Shown: piece by piece, positions 17,661 through 30,699 of the stretch
How positions within the stretch are numbered: position 1 is the first letter of the stretch
Layout of the letters: each line of letters begins with the position of its first letter
Notes under the pieces: model-generated
Told to the model about the DNA's origin: nothing
Seen by the model: the letters and a program-made list of their open reading frames with translations, nothing else
Database searches by the model: none
Position numbers and translations under genes: made by a program
Origin: the human T2T-CHM13v2.0 reference genome, Homo sapiens
Assembly (NCBI RefSeq): GCF_009914755.1
Contig: NC_060929.1
Reading direction: 5' to 3' (one strand)
DNA: 64,000 nucleotides

Positions 17661-17973
17661 ATCAAACTGAAGATGTTTTAATTTGATGTACCCACCACTG
17701 ATTTATCAATTACTATCAGAAAATTGAAATGTATAAAAGTAGTGGACTTCAGAGACAAACATGATAAAGTTCATTTTCTCATCCTATGTACTAGTGAATA
17801 AGATAGAAAATTAGTCAATAATTAAATGAAGTGGGAATGCAGCTTTAATAGAAAAATGAATGTGAATTGTAAGAACATATAGAATGATTCCATATCCTGA
17901 AAAACATTATGAAGACTTCATGTATTCATGATCATCTACTGAGAGTCTGTAATGGAAAAACCATACTACACAG

Positions 17974-18175
17974 CAAAGGTCCCCAACCTGTGGGCCATGC
18001 GCCATGGACCAGTTCCTCTCCATGGCCTGTTAAAAACCTGGCCGCACAACAGAGGGTGAGCAGTGGGCGAGCCCGCATTACCCCCTGAGTTCTGCCTCTT
18101 GTCAGATCAACAGTGGCATTAGATTCCCATAGGAGCGTGAACTTTATTGTGAACTGTAAAAGCGAGGAATCTAGG
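17974..18175 (+). mobile_element. MER1-like hAT-Charlie DNA transposon, 5' portion
   Basis: CAAAGGTCCCCAACC terminus; GGCATTAGATTCCCATAGGAGCGTGAAC. Confidence 0.85.
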
Positions 18176-18399
18176 GAAACAAAAACATATATGGAGACTA
18201 CTTTATGTACAGCATAATATAACAGATACGATTTTCCAAAAGCACACACTCAAAAACATAATTTCAAATTTGGTTAATGACATAAAGAAGAAAACAGGTG
18301 CTTAAGATCTCTTAAGGTCTTTATAAAGAGGTGGAGATGTGTGGCTTTCAAAAGTTCAGGGACTTTCTAAATGGAGGAAAGCAAAAATAACAATATAGA

Positions 18400-18575
18400 A
18401 TGGTGGTTCCTAAACTGCTGTCACCAGATCAGTGGTACCAACAGTTTTAGAAATGCAGTTCCTGGGCCCCTCTCCAGAACAAATGCATCAGAAAGTTTGG
18501 GGTGAGTTTCAGCGATTTTGTAATTGGGAAGCCATATTGGTGATTCCAATGCTGGCCAAAGTGAGAAGATTGGGA
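18400..18575. mobile_element. MER5A-like hAT MITE
   Basis: TTAGAAATGCAGTTCCTGGGCCCC...GGTGATTCCAATGC pattern. Confidence 0.7.
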
Positions 18576-19222
18576 TTGATGCAGGCCCTCCAATGAAGTG
18601 CAGACAAGTGAATAGAGGAATCTAAAATGAGTACATTCCTTGTAATTCCTGTAATCATGGCTCGGGTTTTCCAGATGGAATACAGTAAATGTGGCCAAAG
18701 GAGAAAGGTTGCATTTGTTCCTGTGAAGTTATTCAAAGTGCTTAGCAAAAGTGTTCAGGAACAATTAGTCAGAGATCTTTTGCTTTAGTATCCTGACAGA
18801 TCATAAATGAGAGAGAGAGAGATGCAAAAAAAAAAAAAAAAGTAGTTTACTGACTCAGAGTAGAAGACCCAAGAGCTAGCTAGCTAGATTCCAGGACAAC
18901 TCCAAACAGTGTTGGTTTCTCTTGTTTCTCTTTTCTTTTGTGTCTTGGTTTCAATCCTTAGTAGGCTTCTTCCAATCTGAGAAAATCAGTCACTGCTTCT
19001 CTGTGCTTTAAGTCCTTAAAATTTATCAGAACTATATCAGTTCCCCCAAATGTTTCTGATTTGTGCCACTCGTGACGTGTGCTTCACCCTATCTATCCGC
19101 TGCTCTGGAGACTAGAATTTGAGAAGATGGATCTGAGTTGTAGAGCTGTTTCTGAATTGGGTGTGGGTGACTACGTGACTATCTTTCCATAATGACATGT
19201 TCTGGGAGAAAGAATAGCCATG

Positions 19223-19601
19223 TGTATTAGTCCATCCTTGCACTGCTATAAAGAAATACCTGGAACTGGGTAATATATGAAGTAAAGAGGTTTAATTGGC
19301 TCATGCTTCCACAGACTATACAGAAAACATGGCTAGTGAGGCCTCAGGAAACTTACAATCATGGCAGAAGGTGAGGGGAAGCAGGCATGTCTTATATGGC
19401 CAGAGCAGGAGGAAGAGAGTGAAGGGGGAGGTGCTACACACGTTTAAACAATCAGGTTTCGTGAGAACTCACTGTCATGGGAAGAGCAAGGGGGAAATCC
19501 AAAACCCTGATCTAATCACCTTCCATCAGGCCCCTCCTCCAACACTGAGGATTACAATTTGACATGAGATTTGGGCAGCCACACAAACTTAAACGATACC
19601 A
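19223..19601 (-). mobile_element. MSTA solo LTR
   Basis: TGTATTAGTCC...AAACGATACCA; perfect 5-bp TSD CCATG on both sides. Confidence 0.92.
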
Positions 19602-20956
19602 CCATGAAAAAGATAATGAGCACAAAATAATGTTACAGATGGCTACGTCATAAGAATTGAGCACATATACTTGCCCCTTTGGGGCAGTTTTGAGGTAGAC
19701 TAGCTAGTGACACAAAATAGACTGAGTCCTAATTCTTTCTTGGCACACAGATTTGACTGGGCTTATTCCCAAAGGCTTAAGCAATGAGTTGGAAGCAGTC
19801 TGACTCAGCAGCTTTTATTAACTTCCCTAGGTGGTAGGGCAGGATTCTGAAGTACTGCAGATAATTTAAGTAAGATAGATTGAATAGTGTCCATTCAAAT
19901 TAGTGACAAAGAAAAAAATTATCATTTGTGACCATGACAACAGAAGCTACAAAGGATTGACAGGAAGGGAGCCAGATGGCAGTGCATTGAGAAGTGTGAA
20001 TGAGAAATGAAGGAGCAATGGCTGGGGAAGAAAACACTTTTAAAAAAAGCTACATGGTAAAGCAAAGTTAATGAAAATAGCAGTTTTCCCAACTTAGAAG
20101 AAATATGATAACAGTCATTATCACTATGTTGTAGAATTACAAGTAACTATAATTTGTTCATATTTTTCATACATTCTAAATTATCCACATTGAATCTGTG
20201 TCACTTTATAGTCAGAAAAAATAAACATACTTTAAAAATAAGTGTTTGAACTAAAACCCCAAAATGCTATAAGGCCAACAATGCATCAAACTCACAATCC
20301 AATTCCTGGTACACATCCAAATAAGGTGAACATCTGGATCTCCTGAAGCAAATGGCGAGTTGCGTGCTTGGCCCTGTGGCTGCAAAATAGATCCAGTAAA
20401 TTCACAGAGGAATTCAGGTTTATACCCTGGAGCTGTTATGGCAAACTGTACATCTAATTGACAGCTTTGCTGCTGAAAACATCAATAATCTTTCATTGTG
20501 AGCTCCAGATCCTGAGCAAGACTCTGAGGGCTCATTTCAGTAAGTTACAGCTTTGTAGGTCACTTTTGCAGCAGATTTATATAAGAGTCTTACAGTGGAG
20601 AGGAGAAAGTGGAAGGGTGTTTGAGGATATGCTCTTACTCTCTGAAAACCTGGGTTAAAGCTCTGCCAAAAAAAAAAAATGAAAAAAACAAAACTTTTTA
20701 AAAGGCATTTTCCCTTTGTTCCTGTTAAAATTTACTAGCATATAGCCTATAGAGCCATTGATTGTTCATTTTCACGTCACATGCAATTATGATGCAATGA
20801 CAAATAAAAATGTATACAAAAAATTATTTACATAAAATATCTGGATGGATATTAAAATTGCTTTCTTTGTTCTGATGAAAGTGATTTGAAGATATTTACC
20901 TTTATTTCCAGAGACTGAGTCATGTTTGAGAAACTTAAGTTCTCTACTAAATCTAG

Positions 20957-21170
20957 ACCTGCACAATTCAGTATGGTAGCCACCATTTCCATGTGACTAT
21001 TTATTTAAATTTAATTAAACTAAAATGAAATAAAATAGAAAATTAAGTTGCTTAATCACGTTAACCACATTCTAAGCACCCAAAAGCTAGATAACGGTAG
21101 TGGCTGCCATCTTGGACTGTATGAAAGTACATTTCCACTATCACAGACAGTCCTTTTGCAAACCACAGGC
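20957..21170. mobile_element. MER3-like hAT MITE
   Basis: ATGGTAGCCACCATTTCCATGTGACTATT...GTGGCTGCCATCTTGGAC. Confidence 0.75.
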
Positions 21171-23421
21171 ATAACTCTAGACCTTCTTGGAAGTTAAAAT
21201 GTGCTACTATTCCAGGAGCTGTGTATAATTGATCACTTTTTGTATTAAAAGATTGTTATAGTAGACACTGCCAGTTTTTTCCTCAAATCAATATCCATTT
21301 ATTAACTTATTTTCACTTAACGACACTCCATTTGTCATCCTCCCTTAATGGTAAAAATACTGAGGGACTACGTCTCAGCAAACTGAAAATGTACATAAGT
21401 ACTATTCAGTGGCTTGCAGGAAAATTTCCAAAAGAGAAACCTGACACTTTGTCTTTGCTATTAAATCGAGGAAATGAACTCGGTTTTGGATTACTAAGAT
21501 AAAGGTCATGGCAAGGAATGATGAAATAAAGATAGAAAAGAAGCCAGATAATTAAAATTCTTGGGGAGCCATGCTGCCATATCAATCCAGGATACAGCAA
21601 CCGTAACAGAAATATGTAAATATCATGTTCAAGTCACTGTGTTTTAGGTCTTAATAACTCAGAGCCCAATGAATTCACAAAGAATTTGTATTGTGAACAC
21701 TGTTGCCATGATGGTAATCATCTCTGAAACATTGGAGTCCCTGAGCCTCCCATAGACAAATGCTTGTAAGGGACGAACAATAGGTAACAGCTCTTCACAC
21801 TGAGAGGGTTGTAGAGATACTGCTAGTTATTGACTCAAATTTATTCTTCTGTTGGTTTAAGTGCAAAATGATTTGGTTGGTAAGAAAATTAGTGACACTA
21901 CTTTTATAAACCCCTATTTCCTTACTGCTTCATCTAATATGTATGTACTTGTGCTTAATGATATACAAGAAAAAATATACAACATTTTTAAAAACCTTTC
22001 ATTTCTCCTTATAAAAAGGGGAAGATTCAGCTTTTGCATGTCTTTCATCTTTTTCTCTCCTCTCTTTTTCTGGCTAGCACTTGGAAATGGTACACAGAGG
22101 AGGAGCAATTCCCTTAACATTAGGTAGATGAAAATCGTGTATTAAGAACAGAAGGTAAGTGTTGTTCTTTGAACAGCTGGATGTCTTCAGCCAATGAACA
22201 CAGAGAGAAAAATCCATTTTTATTTGCTTCACTATAGAAGTACCTGTTATATGCAAATGAAATGAAATTATAAATTATAAAAGAGCTTTTATAGAAAAGG
22301 CCCTAGAGATGTACAGGAATTTGGGCCTGTAACACAAAGCCATTTAACTCTGGACTTTTCGGATCATGTGTGGACAAGGCAAAGGACTCATGCAGAAGTA
22401 GGAGTGGAATATGACAAGGCCATCACCATATCTCTGGTTTCAACTCACTCACTAGAAGCTGCAGTTTTACTACTGCCCCTCCATATGGTTGCAGTCAAAG
22501 ACTCACCCAATATACCCAATGTTTTCTACCTGAGTCTGAGTTCATTGATTTCTATGCTTCAAAGACTTCCATTAATCTCCTTGGTCAGTTCATGATTTGA
22601 CATCTTGCCTGCTTCTGCGTTTTCAGCACTCCTGGATGATTTCACCAGAGACTGAATGAATCAGAATTTCGTTTTGTTTCAAATAATATCTCCTTTACCA
22701 ACAAATTTCGTTAAGGGACATAGCTGGAACAGGCTTGCAATAATTTATTTGTTAGTTGAAGTTAAATTTCTTCTGCTAAAGGAAAACAGGGACTTGCTAT
22801 TGGGCATACTAGATGAGGTAGGAAAGAATGGAAGTGTGAAAACACCTAATTTTTTTTTAATGTTATTGAAAGAAAACTAAAGGCATATATGAAATGCATA
22901 CATAATTGTGTTTAAAATAATTTATAAAACTATCCTACAAACTTACTTGACTTTTGTCATTTAAAAGGTCTTATATTCTACTAGTACTGAATATATTACT
23001 TAAATTTGGTCTCATTTCCATAGATTCAAACAATTACTCAAATATTATATCCCAATTTTAAAAAACTTACTTACAGATGCCAAAATTACCAAAACAAATT
23101 AATTCTAATCTCACTTCCCAAAGGCTACCACGTATACCAGATTTTTCTTCTGTTATCAGGCTACCAGCTATTTCAACAAGGTTTATCAAAGAAAGTAATA
23201 ATTCTGATAAGTTCATGAAAATTTGACTTAGAGGAATAATACTGAGTTATGAAAAACATAGCTATAACCTAAAGTATTCAATTTCAAATTATTTAATATA
23301 TGGACAACAACATTCATTATTCAAGATATTGCCATGGCTGCTCCCTTTAAAATAATTGGTTCTGGGATATTGCTGCAGACTATGAAGTAACTGATATCAA
23401 ACTAATCTTTGCTAAGAGCGC

Positions 23422-23857
23422 TTCTGTTAGTCTGTTTGCATTGTTATAAAGAGATACCTGAGGCCAGGTTATTTGTTTTTAAAAAGAGGTTTATTTTGGC
23501 TTATAGTTTGTAAGCTGTATGAGAAGCAGAGAGCCAGCATCTGCTTCTAGTGAGGGCCTCAGCAAGCTTCTAACCATGTCAGAAGGTAAAGGGGGAGGAG
23601 GCATGTCACATGGTGAGAGAGGGAACAGGAGGGAGGGAGCAAAGAGCAAGGCAGGAGATGACAGGATCTTCTAAACAACCAGCTCTCCTGTGAACTCATA
23701 GAGTGAGAGCTCACTCATTACCAAGAACACAGTACCATGCCGTTCATGAAGGATCTGCCGCCATTACACACACTCCTCCCACCAGGCCCTACCTCCATCA
23801 TTGGAGATTACCTTTCAACATGAGATTTGGTGGGGATAAACGTCTAAACCATGTTTA
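23422..23857 (-). mobile_element. MSTB solo LTR
   Basis: Antisense MST LTR (CATCTGCTTCTAGTGAGGGCCTCAG...CAACATGAGATTTGG). Confidence 0.85.
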
Positions 23858-25108
23858 CTTATAAAAGGTAAATAAAATAAAACAGCAGTTATTTGCAGAT
23901 ATCAGAGAACAGTTAAAAAGCCAGAAGAACAGAGACAAAATTTTAGGGAAAAAAAAAAAAAAAGGCTTACTTGAACCCTGTATTTAAAACAATATATTAT
24001 TTCCAGGGAATTTGCTGATTTACATTACAAGGCTAAACTAAGTCAGTTTCGAACTTATTGCAACCTCCTTGGACTAGGCAAACAAAATTGAAAGAAGAGG
24101 GATATCAAAGAACTAGAACATGAAGGCAACGAGAAAACTACAGTGTAGTAAGACTAATACTCTGCTTGCAGTTTTCCCTTGATAAAATAGTTTACACCTA
24201 AACTGCACAGGCACATGGAGAAGTAGAAAAAGCAAGAAAATGGATACTGCCTAAAGGATACAATTATAAGCAGGGTATTTAAAAGTTTTATATGCCTTGG
24301 GGGATAAAAATGTGAGTTCAGTTATTCCTAAGAAGAGGTCTGAAAGAAATAACCTAGACATCTAAATACTTTTGTAAAGTTTTGAGGCTTCAACTACATC
24401 ACTCTCCACTCATTTTCATTAGCTCGCTATAAATTGTTTGTGGGTCAGATAAAAAACAAATTATTATGAGTGGAAGATAACATCATGTAGAGGCCCTGCA
24501 CTTATTCATTCACAATTTTTGCATTCAATCAAAATTTACTACACATCATATGAAACAGTATCAATGACCATATATCTCAGGAGAAAACAGATGTCAGAAT
24601 CTCATTTATAGATTATCTGTATAGTTATGTTATTACTGAAGTAATGTTTAAAGTGAGTACAAATAATATTTTCAAAAACATAAATACAAAAATGGATAAC
24701 TAAACCAGAGGAATGAAATCTATTTTTAAATCAATAGGAGGTAATGGAACTAAAATATTTTAATGCGATATAGAATTTAAAGTATAGGTTTAACTGCAAG
24801 TAAGACCTTAGGGAAAAAAAAGAAGCCATAAATGAGAAACTATACAAGTAGAAAATAGAAAGATGAAAACAAACAGAGTACAGGAAGAAGAGGGATGCAG
24901 AACAGAGATGAAGAGATATAGTCAACATAGCAAACTGGTGTAATGTGTGATAACTGAATTTCCAGAAGGAGAGGAGTGAGAAGGAGCAGAAACACCTTTT
25001 GAAAGGATAATTTAAAAATAAAAACAATTTTTATATACATCACCCTACATTTTCCAGATTTTCTGCAAAATCCAAGGAGAATAAATATAAAGAAACCACA
25101 CCTTGACA

Positions 25109-25575
25109 TATTTAAGTTTCCTAGGGCTGCTGTAAGAAATTACCACAAATGCAGTGGCTTAAAATAACAGAAACTTATTGTCTCACATTTCTGGGTACCA
25201 AAAGTCTGAAATCAATGCACCAGCAGGGCCTCCCTCCAGAGGCTGTGGAGAAGAATTCCTTCCTTGCCTCATGGAGCTTCTGGTGGCTGCCCAGCATTCT
25301 GTGGCAGTCCTTGGCTTGTGGCCACATCATTCCAATCTCTGCCTCGGTCTTCACGTTGCCTTCTCCTCTATATGTCTGTATCAGAACAACTCTCACCTCT
25401 CATAAGAATACATGTGGTTGCATTTAGGGCCCACCTGGATCATGCAGGAGAAATGCTTCCTCTCAAGATCCTCAAATTATTGCCTCACTTGTCGTGTAAG
25501 ATAATATTTACAGGTTCTGAAGACTAGCAAGTGAATATATATTTTCAGAGATGGAGGTATTTTTAGCCTACCGCA
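25109..25575 (-). mobile_element. MLT1C-like solo LTR
   Basis: AGTTTCCTAGGGCTGCTGTAAGAAATTACCAC...AGCCTACCGCA. Confidence 0.85.
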
Positions 25576-27357
25576 CACGCAGTAATACTACTACTGAAAG
25601 ACTTAAGCAAAGAGAGCATCTTAATATTAACCAGAGGAAGCAAGGTGCATTACCATCACAGGAGCAGTAATTAGACCAATGCCCAACGTTTCAGCAGAAA
25701 CGGTGTATGATAATAAAATGAAGTTTTTAATATACTTGAAAAATAAATAACAAACCAGAATTTTATGATAAAAATATTATCTCAATGAACAGCAAGTAAA
25801 GATATGTTTAGACAACTAAAAACTAAGATAATTAACCATAGAAATAACTCTAAAAGAAATATTACAGAACATTTCTTTAAACAAAAGAAAAAATGAAGTA
25901 CATGAAATTACTGAATGATAGGAGGAAATGAAAAGCAAGGAGAGAAAAAAATATGTGTATGCATTTAAATAACAATGAACTATGTAAAATAAAAATAACG
26001 TGCTGATGGTTTTAAAATATATTAAAATACAGGACAACAATAGCGTTACTTATGGGATGTTGATAATTAGGTTCAGGGGTTTATGGTACTTGGATTTCTA
26101 GGATGGAAGGTCCAAATATTGTATGAGAAGTGATAAAATTAATTTAAGACACAGTACAATAAATCAAAGATTTGTGTTGTAATCTTTGATAATGACCCAA
26201 AGAATAATAAAGAAATGTGTAATAACAAGATAATAGAGGAGAAAATGTAATAAACCATCTCAGTTAATTCAAGATCATTATGAAAGGAAAGACATTGAAC
26301 ATATTTCAGAAAGGGCAAAATGGAATGAATATTTAAGGGGAAAAAAAGTGCCACTGGTCTTAGTTAAAAGAAAATAGATCTCTATGAAACAAATGCAAAG
26401 AGGCGTTTACCCTTCTGTCTTTTTATTTCTCAGCAGGAAACAGTCAGAAAAAGCATCTCAAATGCCAAGTAATCTATATATTTTAAAGCCCTTTTAAAAA
26501 TGACCAAACAGAATGGTTAAAATGGACAGGTACCTCGAAAACGGGATCCAAGTGTGATGTAGAAAAATGAATCATAGAGCTACTCCCCAGAAGCAGCACT
26601 GATACATGATCAATAATCTTTTCCTACCCCTAGTTTGGACAGACCTAGCCACGCTTGACCAGTGGACATAAGTATCTGCTTAAGCCTCTACATATATTGA
26701 TTACTATGAGTTTTATAGTCTCCTTTTTTATATAAAAGTGCTGCTTTCAGCTCACCTTTTCCCTCTTCACCATAGTATGCTGGATGTGTGGGGCAGATAC
26801 ATTTTCTTTTAGGGCACAGTTTTCTGAAACAAAAATAATCAAAATCAGATCTGAGATAGTAAGATCCTTAGCATTCAGTAAGATCTTATCACTGGATGAG
26901 AATTTTGTTGTTTGCGGAAGGGGAGGAGTATAATTTGCAAGTGGGAGTATGTAAATTATTGTGATCAACAAAATGGGCTACAATAGCTCACTGAAACAAA
27001 TTCCAAATAAAATATGGAGAAGGTTAAAAATATACTATGGGAAGTTACTTCTCTGTATTTTTGGAAAAGTATTTTTCATGTAAAGTTGAGAAAAAAGCAT
27101 TAAAAATTACTATAAAACATTTTATTTTTTACCTAAACCAATACCTACAAAGTAATTCTTGATGCAAGAAGCATCACTAGAAATTAAATGAGATATTTCA
27201 AAATGATAAAAGGGGAATTTTCATATGCAAATATCATAATGTTAGTGTTCTCTACCAGCACAGCATCAAAATATATAAAGCAAAGTAATGGTACTAGATA
27301 AAGAAGCAGGCATCAGTAATTATAAAAGAAAATGCTAACAAACTGTTATGTCATTGA

Positions 27358-28463
<1,106 letters not shown>

Positions 28464-29057
28464 GACTCAGCAATTCCACTTCTAGGTACACACATATCTG
28501 CATATACAGATCTTATCATGGTTATTGTCCATGTGTTCAAAGAGACATGTCAAGAATGTTCATTGTATCATTGTTTGTAATAAAAATACATAAGAGAATT
28601 GATAAATCACAGTATATTAAATAATGGGAAGTAGTTAAAATTAATGGAATATATCGATATGTATCAATTAATATGTCTATATCTCAGCCACTAATATTGA
28701 ATGAAAAGATAAAAGCAAATTTTAGAACTATACAATATGTTATTTATATAAACAATAAAAATTTATAAAACACACACACACACACACAAAAAGAAACACA
28801 ATTAACTTAATTGACCTATAGACCAGTTATCCAATAAATTGCAAAGTACCTATAATTTTTCATGTGCACCAGAATCATTGACCAGTAAAGACTGTATCCT
28901 GGACCCTGAAACAAACCCAAATAAATTTTCAAAGATCGAAATCACACCCACCATGTACATTCCATAACCCCAGAAAATTAAGCTAAAAGTCATTAATGAA
29001 ATGGATAGGTAGAAAACATTATATTAGTAAGGGCTCTCTAGAGGAACAGAACTAACA

Positions 29058-29398
29058 CAATTATATATATATTATTCTATTTATATATTATATACATATT
29101 ACATAATTTATATATTATTCTATATATTGTAAAATATATTTATATATTATGTATTATAAAATATATATATTGTATATTTTATTATATATTTATATATTAT
29201 ATATAATTACATATATTATATATATGTAATAAACCTTCTCAGTTAATTCAAGATCATTATGAAAGGAAAGACATTGAACATATCTCAGAAAGGACAAAAT
29301 GGAAAAAATATAAATATATAAACATTAATATTTATATATTTACTAATTTATATATATATTTATATATAAATATATATTACCCTATATAGATATATAAA
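29058..29398. repeat. Expanded (TA)n-rich microsatellite within the HERV-L 3' LTR
   Basis: ~340 bp versus ~20 bp at the equivalent position in the 5' LTR (~35460-35480). Confidence 0.9.
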
Positions 29399-30391
29399 AA
29401 GAGGAGTTTATTAAAGAGTATTAACTCACACAATTACAAGGTCCCACAATAGGCCTGCAAGCTGAGGAGCAAGGATGCCAGTCTGAGTCCCAAAGCTGAA
29501 GAACTTGGAGTCTGATGTTTGAGGGCAGAGAGCATGAAGCACAGGAGAAAGTTGTAGGCTGGAAGGCTAAACCAGTATAGTCTTTTCACATTTTTCTGCC
29601 TGCTTTATATCCTGGCCATGCTGGTAGCTGTTTAGATGGTGCCCACTGAGATTAAGGGTGGGTCTGCTATTTCCAGCCCACTGACTCAAATGTTAACTTC
29701 CTTTGGCAACACCCTCACAGACACACGCAGAATCAATAATCGGCATCCTTTAATCCAATCAACTGGACACTAGGTATTAACCATCACAAGTCCACCCCCT
29801 GTCAACTTGAAACCATACACATCTCGTGAGATTATACAAAATCTTCAAATAAAGACAATTATAAGGCCATCATTTATGCCTAACATAATACAACTAACCT
29901 TCCTACAAACAGAAATGCACCAGTCCCCAACCCAAATGCTATTACATAAAGTTAGCAATATTTAAATGTTGATATGAACTCAGTAAGTCCTATGTCAAAT
30001 GACAAAGAAAAAAGGAAATAAAATGAAGAGATTTTCTTAGTGCAGGTGTATTCATGCACAAACATGTTTCTAACAAAAGAAGGAGGAAATGCTTGTGACA
30101 ATTACAGTCCCCGTTTCTGCAACTGGTCACTTGGTTACAGCTGGTATTGGTTACTACCTTCTTCTACTACCTATTATGTATTCCCATTGCCTTCAGCAAG
30201 CACCTAAACAGGTCATATTGTTTGTTTCCTGGTGGAGTGACCCAAACCTTCATTCCTGAAGGGTCTGGACCATTTGTAGTCCTGCCTGAATTGGGCTGTT
30301 GTAATACCCCATTGACCTTAATCACAGAACATGGTAACACTAAGTGACACCCTAATGAATCTTCTGTATTCCATGCATACTCTTTCTTACC

Positions 30392-30634
30392 TCAGTTGTG
30401 GAGTAGTAGACTGATTTCATCTTGATAGTCCTGGTCAATCACCCCAGCCAACACTGCAACTCCCTTCTTAGCCTGTTGACTTAAAGGTAGGAGGAGCCCC
30501 AGGTGTCCAAATGGCCATCTTAACCTCCAGTTTAATGGAATCAGTTTTGTGTCTCCTGGCGGCAGCTTCCTCCCCCTGGAACTAAGACCTCTAGGCCAGC
30601 AGAGAGTAATGTCATGGGAACAAGAAACAAACAT
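30392..30634 (-). pseudogene. dut: HERV-L dUTPase remnant
   Basis: LPPGDTKLIPLNWRL...GHLGLLLP...AGVIDQDYQDEISLLLHN, located after integrase as expected for ERV-L. Confidence 0.88.
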
Positions 30635-30699
30635 TTTGCTAGTGGATCACACTGCCTTCACTTTAAGGGGTAATGGTAGTGGTGCCACTTCCACTTCCA

